Positions 1-11,812 of a stretch of 64,000 bases of DNA are shown piece after piece. The notes beneath the pieces were generated by a model that saw only the letters and a list, made by a program, of their open reading frames with translations, had not been told where the DNA came from and ran no database searches. The stretch's first letter is position 1. Every line of letters starts with the position of its first letter. The stretch lies in the NCBI RefSeq assembly GCF_054482595.1, contig NZ_CM137008.1; one strand, given 5' to 3'. A program made the position numbers and the translations under genes.

Positions 1-390
1 ATTAACATAATTATTAATATTGGCCTGATACCACGGCAAATCGCCCTTGCTGAGCCGATTATTCATCTCCAGCCAGTTGGCATTCAGATGCGCATAGCGA
101 GTTTTTACTGCTTCTGGCACATACCAGACGTTGAGATTGGTTAATACCGGTGAATGCAGTGCCTGCTGAAATAACTGGCGATGTGCATTGAGTTGTGGAC
201 TGCCACTTTGCAAGTCGTAGCCCAGGCGGTAACTCTGCATACGCAGCGATCCGGCAATATTGATAGCCTCAGCGTCGCGCAAACTGCTCGCCAGAGTTAG
301 CAGAGCGATACCCGTGGAAAGAATCGACAGCAGCACAATGTAAAAAAAGGCCCGGGCCAGACTGGCCGAGACGGGTCGTTTAACAATCAC
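1..390 (-). CDS. narQ: Nitrate/nitrite sensor histidine kinase NarQ, N-terminal 130 codons only; gene continues past the window start
   Basis: Reverse-complement of 241-390 translates to VIVKRPVSASLARAFFYIVLLSILSTGIALLTLASSLRDAEAINIAGSLR, matching the NarQ N-terminus; GTG start at 388-390 with GGAGA RBS upstream; runs off the window edge so absent from the ORF track. Confidence 0.85.
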   Translation of the reverse strand, partial: MIVKRPVSASLARAFFYIVLLSILSTGIALLTLASSLRDAEAINIAGSLRMQSYRLGYDLQSGSPQLNAHRQLFQQALHSPVLTNLNVWYVPEAVKTRYAHLNANWLEMNNRLSKGDLPWYQANINNYVN

Positions 391-595
391 ACGCGTCTTC
401 TCCACAAAAAATCATTAATGTTCCAGTTCGCTGAAACGCAATTTAGTCAGTGATGGGATTATTTGATCTGCCACAGTTTATAGCGAAATAGTTACTTATT
501 CTGGGCACATGAACATTGCCGATTCCCCTGTAAGTCGGGTAATAACAACACTCATATAAAGAATAAGGTTTTTACAACCAAAAAAGAAGGTCGTT

Positions 596-2575
596 ATGAA
601 TCGTTTTATTATGGCCAACAGTCAGCAATGTCTGGGTTGTCATGCTTGTGAAATCGCTTGTGTCATGGCTCACAATGATGAGCAACATGTCCTGAGCCAA
701 CATCATTTTCATCCCCGAATTACGGTTATCAAACATCAGCAGCAACGTAGTGCAGTGACCTGTCACCATTGTGAAGATGCGCCCTGCGCCCGTAGCTGCC
801 CTAATGGCGCAATCAGCCACGTTGATGACAGCATTCAGGTCAATCAGCAAAAGTGTATTGGCTGTAAATCCTGCGTGGTGGCCTGTCCGTTTGGTACGAT
901 GCAAATCGTCCTGACACCCGTCGCAGCGGGCAAAGTTAAAGCCACGGCGCATAAATGCGACCTTTGTGCAGGGCGCGAAAATGGTCCTGCCTGTGTCGAG
1001 AATTGCCCGGCGGACGCGCTGCAACTGGTCACTGATGCCGCACTCTCCGGCATGGCGAAATCCCGCCGCTTGCGCACCGCACGTCAGGAACATCAACCGT
1101 GGCATGCCAGTACCGCTGCACAAGAAATGCCGGTAATGAGTAAAGTCGAACAAATGCAGGCAACGCCCGCGCGTGGCGAGCCGGATAAACTGGCGATTGA
1201 AGCGCGAAAAACCGGTTTTGATGAAATTTATCTGCCATTCCGTGCCGATCAGGCACAACGGGAAGCCTCGCGCTGCCTTAAGTGCGGCGAGCATAGCGTT
1301 TGTGAATGGACCTGCCCGCTGCATAACCATATTCCGCAGTGGATTGAACTGGTGAAAGCCGGAGATATCGACGCCGCCGTCGAGCTTTCTCACCAGACCA
1401 ACACCCTGCCTGAAATTACCGGGCGCGTTTGCCCGCAAGACCGGCTGTGCGAAGGTGCCTGCACCATTCGCGATGAGCACGGCGCGGTAACTATCGGCAA
1501 CATTGAACGCTACATTTCGGATCAGGCGCTGGCGAAAGGTTGGCGCCCTGACTTAAGCCATGTCACCAAAGTGGACAAGCGGGTGGCGATTATCGGTGCA
1601 GGTCCGGCAGGGCTGGCCTGTGCGGATGTTCTGACCCGCAATGGCGTGGCGGTGACGGTGTACGATCGCCATCCAGAAATCGGTGGCTTGCTCACTTTCG
1701 GCATTCCTTCTTTCAAACTGGATAAATCCCTGCTGGCACGCCGTCGGGAAATCTTCAGCGCGATGGGGATTCACTTCGAACTCAATTGTGAAGTGGGTAA
1801 AGATGTCTCTTTGGATTCGCTTTTGGAACAATACGACGCGGTCTTCGTTGGCGTAGGCACTTACCGTTCCATGAAAGCGGGTTTACCCAATGAAGATGCG
1901 CCGGGCGTTTATGACGCGCTGCCGTTCCTCATCGCCAACACTAAACAGGTGATGGGGCTCGAAGAGCTACCGGAAGAGCCGTTTATCAATACCGCCGGAC
2001 TTAACGTCGTGGTACTGGGCGGCGGCGACACCGCGATGGACTGTGTGCGTACTGCGCTGCGCCACGGCGCGAGTAACGTCACCTGCGCTTATCGTCGTGA
2101 TGAAGCTAACATGCCAGGCTCGAAGAAAGAGGTGAAGAACGCCCGCGAAGAGGGGGCCAACTTCGAATTTAACGTCCAGCCGGTGGCGCTTGAGCTGAAT
2201 GAACAAGGTCACGTCTGCGGGATTCGTTTCCTGCGCACGCGTCTTGGCGAGCCGGATGCCCAGGGGCGTAGGCGTCCAGTGCCGGTGGAAGGCAGTGAAT
2301 TTGTCATGCCAGCCGACGCGGTGATTATGGCGTTTGGCTTCAATCCGCACGGGATGCCGTGGCTGGAGTCGCACGGTGTAACGGTAGACAAATGGGGCCG
2401 CATCATCGCGGATGTGGAAAGCCAGTACCGTTACCAGACCACCAATCCGAAAATCTTCGCCGGTGGCGACGCCGTGCGTGGTGCGGATCTGGTGGTTACC
2501 GCAATGGCAGAAGGACGTCATGCGGCACAGGGGATTATTGACTGGCTGGGGGTAAAATCAGTCAAATCTCACTGA
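596..2575 (+). CDS. aegA: Putative Fe-S oxidoreductase AegA (N-terminal 4Fe-4S ferredoxin Cys clusters, C-terminal GltD-like FAD/NAD(P) domain)
   Basis: 659-aa ORF; multiple CxxCxxCxxxCP motifs; GAGPAG Rossmann motif; position divergent from narQ. Confidence 0.9.
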   Translation: MNRFIMANSQQCLGCHACEIACVMAHNDEQHVLSQHHFHPRITVIKHQQQRSAVTCHHCEDAPCARSCPNGAISHVDDSIQVNQQKCIGCKSCVVACPFGTMQIVLTPVAAGKVKATAHKCDLCAGRENGPACVENCPADALQLVTDAALSGMAKSRRLRTARQEHQPWHASTAAQEMPVMSKVEQMQATPARGEPDKLAIEARKTGFDEIYLPFRADQAQREASRCLKCGEHSVCEWTCPLHNHIPQWIELVKAGDIDAAVELSHQTNTLPEITGRVCPQDRLCEGACTIRDEHGAVTIGNIERYISDQALAKGWRPDLSHVTKVDKRVAIIGAGPAGLACADVLTRNGVAVTVYDRHPEIGGLLTFGIPSFKLDKSLLARRREIFSAMGIHFELNCEVGKDVSLDSLLEQYDAVFVGVGTYRSMKAGLPNEDAPGVYDALPFLIANTKQVMGLEELPEEPFINTAGLNVVVLGGGDTAMDCVRTALRHGASNVTCAYRRDEANMPGSKKEVKNAREEGANFEFNVQPVALELNEQGHVCGIRFLRTRLGEPDAQGRRRPVPVEGSEFVMPADAVIMAFGFNPHGMPWLESHGVTVDKWGRIIADVESQYRYQTTNPKIFAGGDAVRGADLVVTAMAEGRHAAQGIIDWLGVKSVKSH

Positions 2576-2642
2576 TAGCCTGCGCAGACAAACCCGACTT
2601 CACAGCGTAAGATAATTGTTCATTTCGCGCTGTGGAGTCGGT

Positions 2643-3218
2643 ATGACGCAACAAATCACCCTCATTAAAGACAAAATTCTCTCCGATAACTATTTCACCC
2701 TGCACAACATTACTTACGATCTCACGCGCAAAGATGGCGAAGTTATCCGCCATAAACGTGAAGTTTACGATCGCGGTAATGGTGCGACGATCCTCCTGTA
2801 CAACGCGAAGAAAAAGACCGTGGTTCTGATTCGTCAGTTCCGTGTCGCTACCTGGGTTAATGGCAATGAAAGCGGGCAGCTGATTGAAACCTGCGCCGGG
2901 CTGCTGGATAACGACGAACCGGAAGTGTGCATTCGCAAAGAAGCGATTGAAGAGACGGGCTATGAAGTGGGTGAAGTGCGAAAATTATTTGAACTGTATA
3001 TGTCGCCAGGCGGTGTGACTGAGCTAATCCACTTTTTTATCGCCGAATACAGTGACAATCAGCGCGCTAACGCCGGTGGCGGTGTCGAAGATGAAGATAT
3101 TGAAGTGCTCGAGCTGCCGTTCAGCCAGGCGCTGGAGATGATCAAAACCGGCGAGATACGTGACGGTAAGACGGTGTTATTGCTTAACTATTTGCAAACG
3201 TCACATTTAATGGACTGA
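2643..3218 (+). CDS. nudK: GDP-mannose pyrophosphatase NudK (Nudix hydrolase)
   Basis: 191 aa from ATG 2643 ([11 protein letters not shown]...); Nudix box region [22 protein letters not shown]; the track ORF has a 9-codon upstream extension. Confidence 0.9.
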   Translation: MTQQITLIKDKILSDNYFTLHNITYDLTRKDGEVIRHKREVYDRGNGATILLYNAKKKTVVLIRQFRVATWVNGNESGQLIETCAGLLDNDEPEVCIRKEAIEETGYEVGEVRKLFELYMSPGGVTELIHFFIAEYSDNQRANAGGGVEDEDIEVLELPFSQALEMIKTGEIRDGKTVLLLNYLQTSHLMD

Positions 3219-3343
3219 AAAATAACAATAATATTTCGTTGTTTATTGTTGGCTCAATCCGACAAATCCGATTGAGCCGCGCTACCTGCGCAACGAAGAT
3301 ACGACTTGTGCTGTTTGTTTGAACTTCTGGGGTCGTACCGTCC

Positions 3344-4387
3344 ATGCGCTATCGCATTTTCCTTCTCTTTTTTTTCGCTTTGTTGCCGACGTCTTTGGTG
3401 TGGGCGGCACCAGCGCAACGGGCGTTTTCCGACTGGCAGGTCACCTGTAATAACCAAAACTTCTGCGTGGCGCGTAATACGGGCGATCATAATGGACTGG
3501 TGATGACCCTGAGCCGCAGCGCCGGGGCGCATACCGATGCCGTTTTACGTATTGAGCGCGGCGGGTTGAAGTCGCCGGATGCGTCTGAAGGGGAGATAGC
3601 GCCACGGCTGCTGTTAGATGGTGAGCCGTTGGCGTTAAGTGGTGACAAGTGGCGGATTTCACCATGGTTATTAGTAACCGATGATACGGCAACCATCACC
3701 GAGTTTTTGCAGATGATTCAGGAAGGGAAGGCGATCACCTTACGCGACGGCAATCAGACCATTTCTCTGAGTGGCTTAAAAGCGGCGTTGTTGTTTATTG
3801 ATGCTCAGCAAAAGCGCGTTGGCAGTGAAACCGCGTGGATCAAGAAAGGGGACGAACCGCCGCTCAGCGTACCGCCCGCGCCTGCGCTGAAAGAGGTCGT
3901 GGTGGTTAACCCAACGCCGACGCCACTCTCACTCGAAGAACGCAACGATTTGCTGGATTATGGAAACTGGCGGATGAATGGTCTGCGCTGCTCGCTTGAT
4001 CCATTGCGTCGTGAGGTGAATGTCACTGCGCTGACTGATGATAAAGCGCTGATGATGATTAGCTGTGAGGCAGGGGCCTATAACACCATTGATTTGGCAT
4101 GGATTGTGTCGCGTAAAAAGCCACTAGCCTCGCGTCCGGTTCGGTTGCGTTTGCCGTTCAACAACGGTCAGGAGACGAATGAACTGGAACTGATGAACGC
4201 AACATTTGATGAGAAATCGCGTGAGCTGGTGACCTTAGCGAAAGGGCGCGGATTAAGCGATTGTGGCATTCAGGCGCGCTGGCGCTTTGACGGTCAGCGT
4301 TTTCGCCTGGTGCGTTACGCCGCAGAACCGACCTGCGATAACTGGCATGGGCCAGATGCCTGGCCCACGTTGTGGATCACCCGTTAA
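3344..4387 (+). CDS. ypfG: Uncharacterised periplasmic protein YpfG (DUF1176), signal peptide
   Basis: 347-aa ORF with N-terminal hydrophobic signal sequence (FLLFFFALLPTSLVWAAP); conserved synteny between nudK and tktB. Confidence 0.85.
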   Translation: MRYRIFLLFFFALLPTSLVWAAPAQRAFSDWQVTCNNQNFCVARNTGDHNGLVMTLSRSAGAHTDAVLRIERGGLKSPDASEGEIAPRLLLDGEPLALSGDKWRISPWLLVTDDTATITEFLQMIQEGKAITLRDGNQTISLSGLKAALLFIDAQQKRVGSETAWIKKGDEPPLSVPPAPALKEVVVVNPTPTPLSLEERNDLLDYGNWRMNGLRCSLDPLRREVNVTALTDDKALMMISCEAGAYNTIDLAWIVSRKKPLASRPVRLRLPFNNGQETNELELMNATFDEKSRELVTLAKGRGLSDCGIQARWRFDGQRFRLVRYAAEPTCDNWHGPDAWPTLWITR

Positions 4388-4404
4388 ACAAAATGGCGGG
4401 ACAT

Positions 4405-4474
4405 GTAGGCCGGATAAGACGCGTCAGCGTCGCATCCGGCAATCAGCATCCGGCAATCAGCATCCGGCAATCAC
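4405..4474. repeat. REP (repetitive extragenic palindrome) followed by three tandem copies of a 14-bp unit (catccggcaatcag) at 4433-4474
   Basis: gtaggccggataagacgcgtcagcgtcgcatccggc is a REP consensus; tandem units directly visible; located between convergent ypfG and tktB. Confidence 0.6.
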
Positions 4475-4476
4475 CA

Positions 4477-6480
4477 TCAGGCACCTTTCACTCCCAGCAC
4501 CTTATGCGCTTTTGCCACAATATTCTCGGCGGTAAAGCCAAAGAACGGGAACAGCTTATCCGCCGGAGCAGATTCCCCGTAACCCGTCATCCCGACAATT
4601 GCCCCTTTCAGACCAACATACTTGTACCAGTAATCGGCAATACCTGCTTCCACCGCCACGCGAGCCGCAACGTTAGAAGGCAACACCGACTCCCGATATT
4701 CCTCATCCTGGGCGTCGAAAATATCGGTCGAGGGCAGGGAAACTACGCGAACATTGCGACCTTCTCCCGCTAATTTCTCTGCCGCTTGCAGGGTGATTTC
4801 CATCTCTGAACCGGTGGCAATCAAAATAATATCTGGCTTACCGCCGCTGTCTTTCAGCACATAACCGCCACGAGCAATCTCTTTAACCTGATCCGGCGTA
4901 CGTTCCACCTGGGCCAGATTCTGCCTGGAGAGAATCAGTGCCGTCGGTCCGTTGTGGCGCTCAACCGCCAGCTTCCAGCCCACCGCCGCTTCCACCTGAT
5001 CGCACGGTCGCCAGGTGCTGAAATTTGGCGTTAAGCGCAGACTGGCCAGTTGCTCAACAGCCTGGTGCGTCGGACCATCTTCGCCCAGACCAATTGAGTC
5101 GTGGGTATAAACCATAATCTGCCGCGCTTTCATCAGTGCCGCCATCCGCGCGGCGTTACGGGCGTATTCAACAAACATCAGGAACGTTGCGGTATAAGGC
5201 ACAAAGCCGCCGTGGTGCGCGATGCCGTTGGCGATAGCGGTCATGCCAAATTCACGCACCCCGTAGTGAATGTAGTTGCCCGCCGGATCTTCCTTCAGCG
5301 AAACAGAACCTTTCCAGATGGTCAGGTTGCTGGGAGCCAGATCCGCCGAACCGCCGAGCAACTCAGGCAGCATTGGCCCGTAAGCGTTAAGCGTATTTTG
5401 CGAAGCCTTACGGGTAGCGATTTTCGCCGGATTCGCCTGCAACTCATTGATATATTTCTGAGTCGTTTTCTCCCAGTCCTTCGGTAAACCACCGCTCATC
5501 CGACGGGTAAACTCTTCTGCCAGTTGCGGATGAGCCTTTTTATAGGCGGCAAACTTCTCATTCCAGCTCTGCTGCGCTTTTTCGCCTTTTTCGCGGGCAT
5601 CCCAGGCGTGATAAATCTCTTTAGGGATTTCAAATGGCGGATGGTGCCAGCCCAGTTTTTGCCGTGCCAGCGCCACTTCTTCTTCCCCCAGTGGTGCGCC
5701 GTGCGCCTCTTCCTTACCTGCTTTATTCGGCGATCCAAAGCCAATCACCGTACGACAGATAATCAGCGACGGCTTATCTTTCACGCTTTGCGCTTCAAGG
5801 ATCGCTTCCTTCACCGCCTGCGGATCGTGACCGTCGATTTCATGGATCACATGCCAGTGATAGGCTTCAAAACGTTTTGCCGTATCGTCGGTAAACCAGC
5901 CTTCGGTTTCTCCATCAATCGAAATACCGTTGTGATCGTAAAAACCAATCAGCTTGCCCAGTCCCAGCGTGCCCGCCAGCGAACAGACTTCGTGGGAAAT
6001 ACCTTCCATCAGGCAGCCGTCGCCCATAAACACATAGGTGAAGTGATCGACAATTTCATGATCCGGCTGGTTAAACTGCGCCGCCAGTGTACGCTCTGCT
6101 ATCGCCAGTCCGACGGCGTTCGCCAAACCTTGTCCAAGTGGACCGGTGGTGGTTTCAACACCGGGCGTATAGCCGATTTCCGGGTGGCCAGGGGTTTTCG
6201 AATGCAACTGACGAAAGTTCTTCAGCTCTTCCAGCGGCAGGTCGTAACCGGTCAGATGTAGCAAACTGTAGAGCAGCATCGACGCGTGACCGTTGGAAAG
6301 AATAAAGCGGTCGCGATCATACCAGGTTGGGTCGGTAGGGTTATGTTTAAGAAAATCGTTCCACAGCACTTCGGCAATATCAGCCATGCCCATCGGCGCG
6401 CCGGGATGACCAGAATTGGCTTTTTGTACCGCATCCATACTGAGTGCGCGAATCGCATTGGCAAGGTCTTTTCGGGACAT
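4477..6480 (-). CDS. tktB: Transketolase 2
   Basis: 667 aa from ATG at 6480 ([27 protein letters not shown]...); TPP-binding motifs; the track ORF includes a 21-codon in-frame upstream extension. Confidence 0.95.
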   Translation of the reverse strand: MSRKDLANAIRALSMDAVQKANSGHPGAPMGMADIAEVLWNDFLKHNPTDPTWYDRDRFILSNGHASMLLYSLLHLTGYDLPLEELKNFRQLHSKTPGHPEIGYTPGVETTTGPLGQGLANAVGLAIAERTLAAQFNQPDHEIVDHFTYVFMGDGCLMEGISHEVCSLAGTLGLGKLIGFYDHNGISIDGETEGWFTDDTAKRFEAYHWHVIHEIDGHDPQAVKEAILEAQSVKDKPSLIICRTVIGFGSPNKAGKEEAHGAPLGEEEVALARQKLGWHHPPFEIPKEIYHAWDAREKGEKAQQSWNEKFAAYKKAHPQLAEEFTRRMSGGLPKDWEKTTQKYINELQANPAKIATRKASQNTLNAYGPMLPELLGGSADLAPSNLTIWKGSVSLKEDPAGNYIHYGVREFGMTAIANGIAHHGGFVPYTATFLMFVEYARNAARMAALMKARQIMVYTHDSIGLGEDGPTHQAVEQLASLRLTPNFSTWRPCDQVEAAVGWKLAVERHNGPTALILSRQNLAQVERTPDQVKEIARGGYVLKDSGGKPDIILIATGSEMEITLQAAEKLAGEGRNVRVVSLPSTDIFDAQDEEYRESVLPSNVAARVAVEAGIADYWYKYVGLKGAIVGMTGYGESAPADKLFPFFGFTAENIVAKAHKVLGVKGA

Positions 6481-6499
6481 ATAACACTCCGTGGCTGGT

Positions 6500-7450
6500 T
6501 TATAGTTTGGCGGCAAGAAGATCTTCCAGTTTGCGTTGATCAACGGCGAACAGACGAATGCCTTCAGACAGTTTTTCTACCGCCATCGCATCCTGATTGT
6601 GCTCCCAACGGAACTCCGCTTCGCTCATGGGAGCTGGGCGTGGGAACGTCTGAGAAGGTGGGATTAATTTACGTACCACTGGCGAAACTTTTTCCTGCAG
6701 CTCCTTCAGCAAATTCGGTGCGATAGTCAGTCGATCGCAGCCGGTTAAGGCGAGGATTTGTTCGGTGCGACGGAAGCTCGCGCCCATCACAATGGTTTCA
6801 TAGTGGTGTTGCTTATAGTAGTCGTAGATATTGCGCACCGATTTAACGCCCGGATCTTCTTCCACCACATACGGGTCCATCGGCTTGCGTGCCTGATACC
6901 AGTCATAAATACGCCCGACAAACGGCGAAATCAGAAAAACGCCTGCTTCTGCACAGGCCCGTGCCTGGGCAAAAGAAAACAGCAGCGTCAGGTTGCAGTT
7001 AATACCTTCTTTTTCCAGCTCTTCTGCCGCGCGAATTCCTTCCCAGGTCGAAGCCAGCTTGATCAGAATGCGTGATTTCTCAACGCCTTGTCGCTGATAC
7101 AAGTCCACCAGATGGCGCGCCTTCTCAATACTCTTTTCTTTATCAAAAGAGAGGCGTGCATCAACTTCTGTTGACACGCGACCGGGTACGATTTTGAGGA
7201 TTTCAGCACCGAAATTGACCGCCAGTTTGTCACACGCTGCGACCACCTGTTGTTCCTGGGTCTTGCCATTTTTTTTACCCCAGGCGATAGCATCGTCTAT
7301 TAAATGCTCATATTGTGATAATCCGGCAGCCTTGAGTAACAGCGAAGGATTGGTGGTGGCATCCTGGGGATGATAATGGCGAATGGACTCAATATCGCCG
7401 CTGTCTGCCACGACAGTGGTGAACTGTTTGATGCCGTCTAACTCGTTCAT
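6500..7450 (-). CDS. talA: Transaldolase A
   Basis: 316-aa ORF, classic transaldolase sequence; immediately upstream of tktB on the same strand (talA-tktB operon). Confidence 0.95.
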   Translation of the reverse strand: MNELDGIKQFTTVVADSGDIESIRHYHPQDATTNPSLLLKAAGLSQYEHLIDDAIAWGKKNGKTQEQQVVAACDKLAVNFGAEILKIVPGRVSTEVDARLSFDKEKSIEKARHLVDLYQRQGVEKSRILIKLASTWEGIRAAEELEKEGINCNLTLLFSFAQARACAEAGVFLISPFVGRIYDWYQARKPMDPYVVEEDPGVKSVRNIYDYYKQHHYETIVMGASFRRTEQILALTGCDRLTIAPNLLKELQEKVSPVVRKLIPPSQTFPRPAPMSEAEFRWEHNQDAMAVEKLSEGIRLFAVDQRKLEDLLAAKL

Positions 7451-7738
7451 AGGAAATACTCCTTGAAAAGTAAAGTGTTAGATGAGTGCGTTAATTCACA
7501 CTTCTGAGAAATTTCGCTAAACGCATCAAAAAAGCATAGCAGACAGGCATGGTATTGCTGGATTAAGCAGGTAACATCAGTGTTATAGGATTATTACCAA
7601 AACATTATATTAATGGTGAGAGTTTGGACTTGCTCAAAGTCTGTAGACTCCGGCAGGGTAATAATGTGCGCCACGTTGTGGGCAGGGGCTGTTGCCCACA
7701 CACTTTATTTGTGAACGTTACGTGAAAGGAACAACCAA

Positions 7739-10018
7739 ATGGATGACCAGTTAAAACAAAGTGCACTTGATTTCCATGAATTTCCAGTTCCAGGGAAAAT
7801 CCAGGTTTCTCCAACCAAGCCTCTGGCAACGCAGCGCGATCTGGCGCTGGCCTACTCACCAGGCGTTGCCGCACCTTGTCTTGAAATCGAAAAAGACCCG
7901 TTAAAAGCCTACAAATATACCGCGCGCGGTAACCTGGTGGCGGTGATCTCTAACGGTACGGCGGTGCTGGGGTTAGGCAACATTGGCGCGCTGGCGGGCA
8001 AACCGGTGATGGAAGGCAAGGGCGTTCTGTTTAAGAAATTCGCCGGGATTGATGTATTTGACATTGAAGTTGATGAACTCGACCCGGACAAATTTATTGA
8101 AGTCGTCGCTGCGCTCGAACCGACCTTCGGCGGCATCAACCTCGAAGACATTAAAGCGCCAGAATGTTTCTATATTGAACAGAAACTGCGCGAGCGGATG
8201 AATATTCCGGTATTCCACGACGATCAGCACGGCACGGCAATTATCAGCACTGCCGCCATCCTCAACGGCTTGCGCGTGGTGGAGAAAAACATCTCTGACG
8301 TGCGTATGGTGGTTTCCGGCGCGGGTGCTGCAGCAATCGCCTGTATGAACCTGCTGGTGGCTCTGGGGCTGCAAAAACATAACATCGTGGTTTGCGATTC
8401 AAAAGGCGTTATCTATCAGGGCCGTGAGCCAAACATGGCGGAAACCAAAGCCGCATATGCGGTGGTGGATGACGGCAAACGAACCCTCGATGATGTGATT
8501 GAAGGCGCGGATATTTTCCTCGGCTGTTCCGGCCCGAAAGTGCTGACCCAGGAAATGGTGAAGAAAATGGCTCGAGCGCCAATGATCCTGGCGCTGGCGA
8601 ACCCGGAACCGGAAATTCTGCCGCCGCTGGCGAAAGAAGTGCGTCCGGATGCCATCATCTGTACCGGCCGTTCCGACTACCCGAACCAGGTGAACAACGT
8701 CCTGTGCTTCCCGTTTATCTTCCGTGGCGCGCTGGACGTTGGCGCAACCGCCATCAACGAAGAGATGAAACTGGCGGCGGTACGTGCGATTGCAGAACTG
8801 GCCCATGCGGAACAGAGTGAAGTGGTGGCTTCTGCGTATGGCGATCAGGATCTTAGCTTTGGCCCTGAATACATCATTCCAAAACCGTTTGATCCGCGTC
8901 TGATAGTCAAGATTGCTCCTGCGGTCGCGAAAGCGGCGATGGAGTCGGGCGTGGCGACGCGTCCGATTGCTGATTTCGACGTCTACATCGACAAGCTGAC
9001 TGAGTTCGTTTACAAAACCAACCTGTTTATGAAGCCGATTTTCTCCCAGGCTCGCAAAGCGCCGAAGCGCGTAGTTCTGCCGGAAGGGGAAGAGGCGCGC
9101 GTTCTGCATGCCACTCAGGAACTGGTAACGCTGGGACTGGCGAAACCGATCCTTATCGGTCGTCCGAACGTGATCGAAATGCGCATTCAGAAACTGGGCT
9201 TGCAGATCAAAGCGGGCGTTGATTTTGAGATCGTCAATAACGAATCCGATCCGCGCTTTAAAGAGTACTGGACCGAATACTTCCAGATCATGAAGCGTCG
9301 CGGCGTCACTCAGGAACAGGCGCAGCGTGCGCTGATCGGTAACCCGACAGTGATCGGCGCGATCATGGTTCAGCGTGGGGAAGCCGATGCAATGATCTGC
9401 GGTACGGTGGGCGATTATCATGAACATTTTAGCGTGGTGAAAAATGTCTTTGGTTATCGCGATGGCGTTCACACCGCAGGTGCAATGAACGCGCTGCTGC
9501 TGCCGAGTGGTAACACCTTTATTGCCGATACATATGTTAATGATGAACCGGATGCAGAAGAGCTGGCGGAGATCACCTTGATGGCGGCAGAAACTGTCCG
9601 TCGTTTTGGTATTGAGCCGCGCGTTGCTCTGTTGTCGCACTCCAACTTTGGTTCTTCTGACTGCCCGTCGTCGAGCAAAATGCGTCAGGCGCTGGAACTG
9701 GTCAGGGAACGTGCGCCAGAACTGATGATTGATGGTGAAATGCACGGCGATGCAGCGCTGGTGGAAGCGATTCGCAACGACCGTATGCCGGACAGCCCTT
9801 TGAAAGGTTCCGCCAATATTCTGGTAATGCCAAACATGGAAGCTGCCCGCATTAGTTACAACTTACTGCGCGTTTCCAGCTCGGAAGGTGTGACTGTCGG
9901 TCCGGTGCTGATGGGCGTGGCGAAACCGGTTCACGTGTTAACGCCGATCGCATCGGTACGTCGTATCGTCAACATGGTGGCGCTGGCCGTGGTTGAAGCG
10001 CAAACCCAACCGCTGTAA
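7739..10018 (+). CDS. maeB: NADP-dependent malic enzyme (malic enzyme domain fused to a phosphotransacetylase-like C-terminal domain)
   Basis: 759-aa [26 protein letters not shown]...; divergent from talA. Confidence 0.95.
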   Translation: MDDQLKQSALDFHEFPVPGKIQVSPTKPLATQRDLALAYSPGVAAPCLEIEKDPLKAYKYTARGNLVAVISNGTAVLGLGNIGALAGKPVMEGKGVLFKKFAGIDVFDIEVDELDPDKFIEVVAALEPTFGGINLEDIKAPECFYIEQKLRERMNIPVFHDDQHGTAIISTAAILNGLRVVEKNISDVRMVVSGAGAAAIACMNLLVALGLQKHNIVVCDSKGVIYQGREPNMAETKAAYAVVDDGKRTLDDVIEGADIFLGCSGPKVLTQEMVKKMARAPMILALANPEPEILPPLAKEVRPDAIICTGRSDYPNQVNNVLCFPFIFRGALDVGATAINEEMKLAAVRAIAELAHAEQSEVVASAYGDQDLSFGPEYIIPKPFDPRLIVKIAPAVAKAAMESGVATRPIADFDVYIDKLTEFVYKTNLFMKPIFSQARKAPKRVVLPEGEEARVLHATQELVTLGLAKPILIGRPNVIEMRIQKLGLQIKAGVDFEIVNNESDPRFKEYWTEYFQIMKRRGVTQEQAQRALIGNPTVIGAIMVQRGEADAMICGTVGDYHEHFSVVKNVFGYRDGVHTAGAMNALLLPSGNTFIADTYVNDEPDAEELAEITLMAAETVRRFGIEPRVALLSHSNFGSSDCPSSSKMRQALELVRERAPELMIDGEMHGDAALVEAIRNDRMPDSPLKGSANILVMPNMEAARISYNLLRVSSSEGVTVGPVLMGVAKPVHVLTPIASVRRIVNMVALAVVEAQTQPL

Positions 10019-10035
10019 TTCTTTTTTAACTCTCA

Positions 10036-10063
10036 CGCTTACCCTGAATATTCAGGGTAAGCG
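10036..10063. terminator. Perfect 13-bp-arm palindrome just downstream of maeB; possible terminator or protein-binding site (no clean U-tract)
   Basis: cgcttaccctgaa-ta-ttcagggtaagcg, 18 nt after the maeB stop. Confidence 0.4.
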
Positions 10064-10308
10064 GTCCAGCTGCAATATATTAGTAAAGCTTATTACTGAG
10101 TTTACGAATAATAAAAAAAGCAATATAAAATATCTCGATATTATTTTATTTATATTCATGCGTCGCATATGAAAGTTTATTCATAACAGTAAATATCTCT
10201 CCATTCTTAGTGATCTACCTCACCTTTTAAACGCGCTTGCCGAATTTTGTTATTTACTCTGACGAAAAATTGTCACGATACACGCAAGTTTTTCACAGGC
10301 GGCGACTC

Positions 10309-10644
10309 ATGGATAAAGAACGCATCATTCAGGAATTTGTGCCCGGCAAACAGGTCACACTGGCGCATCTCATCGCGCATCCCGGCGAGGAACTGGCGAA
10401 GAAAATCGGCGTTCCGGATGCTGGCGCAATCGGCATTATGACGTTAACTCCTGGCGAAACGGCGATGATCGCCGGTGATTTAGCACTGAAAGCCGCCGAT
10501 GTGCATATCGGTTTTCTCGACCGTTTTAGCGGCGCGCTGGTGATTTATGGCTCGGTGGGTGCAGTAGAAGAAGCATTATCACAAACCGTCAGTGGTTTAG
10601 GTCGCTTATTAAATTATACGCTTTGTGAAATGACCAAAAGTTAA
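10309..10644 (+). CDS. eutS: Ethanolamine-utilisation microcompartment shell protein EutS
   Basis: 111 aa from ATG 10309 ([15 protein letters not shown]...); BMC-domain protein; first gene of the eut operon, preceded by an AT-rich promoter region. Confidence 0.9.
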
Positions 10645-10656
10645 TACGAGGCATTC

Positions 10657-11136
10657 ATGAAACGAATTGCGTTTGTGGGTACCGTCGGGGCAGGAAAAAC
10701 AACGTTATTTAATGCGTTGCAGGGGAATTATACCTTCGCCAGAAAAACACAGGCCGTGGAATTTAATGATAAGGGCGATATTGATACGCCGGGTGAATAT
10801 TTTAGCCATCCCCGCTGGTATCACGCCTTAATTACCACGCTACAGGATGTGGACATGCTGATCTATGTCCACGGCGCAAATGACCCGGAAAGTCGGTTGC
10901 CTGCCGGGTTGCTGGATATTGGCGTCAGCAAACGGCAAATCGCCGTCATCAGTAAAACGGACATGCCAGATGCTGACGTCGCCGCAACGCGAAAGTTATT
11001 GCTTGAGACGGGCTTCGAAGAGCCGATTTTCGAGCTAAACAGCCACGACCCGCAAAGCGTGCAGCAACTGGTGGATTATCTGGCATCTCTCACCAAACAG
11101 GAGGAAGCAGGTGAAAAAACTCATCACAGCGAATGA
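10657..11136 (+). CDS. eutP: EutP, P-loop NTPase (acetate kinase-type) of the eut operon
   Basis: 159 aa, Walker A GTVGAGKTT. Confidence 0.9.
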   Translation: MKRIAFVGTVGAGKTTLFNALQGNYTFARKTQAVEFNDKGDIDTPGEYFSHPRWYHALITTLQDVDMLIYVHGANDPESRLPAGLLDIGVSKRQIAVISKTDMPDADVAATRKLLLETGFEEPIFELNSHDPQSVQQLVDYLASLTKQEEAGEKTHHSE

Positions 11137-11812
11137 TATTCGTGAAGCACACGCGCGCGGCGAACAGGCAATGTCCGTGGTTCTGCGCGCCAGCATTATT
11201 ACCCCGGAAGCCCGAGAAGTGGCGGATTTACTGGGTTTTACCATCACCGAATGTGATGAATCGATCCCGGTAACGGCGTCCGTGCCCGCCAGCGTGCCAG
11301 CCGATAAAACCGAAAGCCAGCGCATCCGCGAAACCATCATTGCCCAGCTGCCGGAAGGCCAGTTTACCGAAAGCCTGGTCGCGCAGCTGATGGAAAAAGT
11401 GATGAAGGAAAAACAGTCGCTGGAGCAGGGTGCAATGCAGCCGAGCTTTAAATCGGTGACCGGCAAAGGCGGCATCAAAGTTATTGATGGTAGCAGCGTC
11501 AAGTTTGGTCGCTTTGATGGCGCACAACCGCATTGCGTGGGCTTGACTGATCTTGTGACCGGAGACGACGGCAGCAGCATGGCCGCCGGTTTTATGCAGT
11601 GGGAGAACGCATTCTTCCCGTGGACCCTGAACTACGACGAAATCGACATGGTGCTGGAAGGGGAGCTGCATGTTCGCCACGCAGGCGAAACCATGATCGC
11701 TAAAGCAGGCGACGTGATGTTTATCCCGAAAGGCTCCAGCATCGAATTTGGTACGACATCCAGCGTGAAATTCCTGTATGTCGCCTGGCCGGCTAACTGG
11801 CAATCCCTATGA
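11111..11812 (+). CDS. eutQ: EutQ, cupin-fold ethanolamine-utilisation protein (acetate kinase activity)
   Basis: 233-aa ORF; start overlaps the eutP 3' end by 26 nt. Confidence 0.88.
   Translation: MKKLITANDIREAHARGEQAMSVVLRASIITPEAREVADLLGFTITECDESIPVTASVPASVPADKTESQRIRETIIAQLPEGQFTESLVAQLMEKVMKEKQSLEQGAMQPSFKSVTGKGGIKVIDGSSVKFGRFDGAQPHCVGLTDLVTGDDGSSMAAGFMQWENAFFPWTLNYDEIDMVLEGELHVRHAGETMIAKAGDVMFIPKGSSIEFGTTSSVKFLYVAWPANWQSL

Noticed and set aside
3251-3278. Inverted repeat ggctcaatccgacaaatccgattgagcc downstream of nudK
   Set aside because: A clear hairpin but without a U-tract and of unknown function; too weak to call a terminator or regulatory site.
8399-9745. 448-aa ORF on the minus strand antisense to maeB (similar long antisense ORFs at 5524-6261 in tktB, 28650-29576 in yfeX, 35586-36314 in cysP, 38141-38983 in cysA, 53129-54229 in gltX, 14924-15759 in eutE)
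   Set aside because: Each lies entirely within a well-supported conserved gene on the opposite strand; Arg/His/Cys-rich unnatural composition, no RBS; a typical artefact of GC-rich coding DNA.
10247-10441. 64-aa ORF overlapping the eutS start region
   Set aside because: Out of frame with eutS and without RBS or conservation signal; the eutS frame is supported by the BMC-domain sequence.
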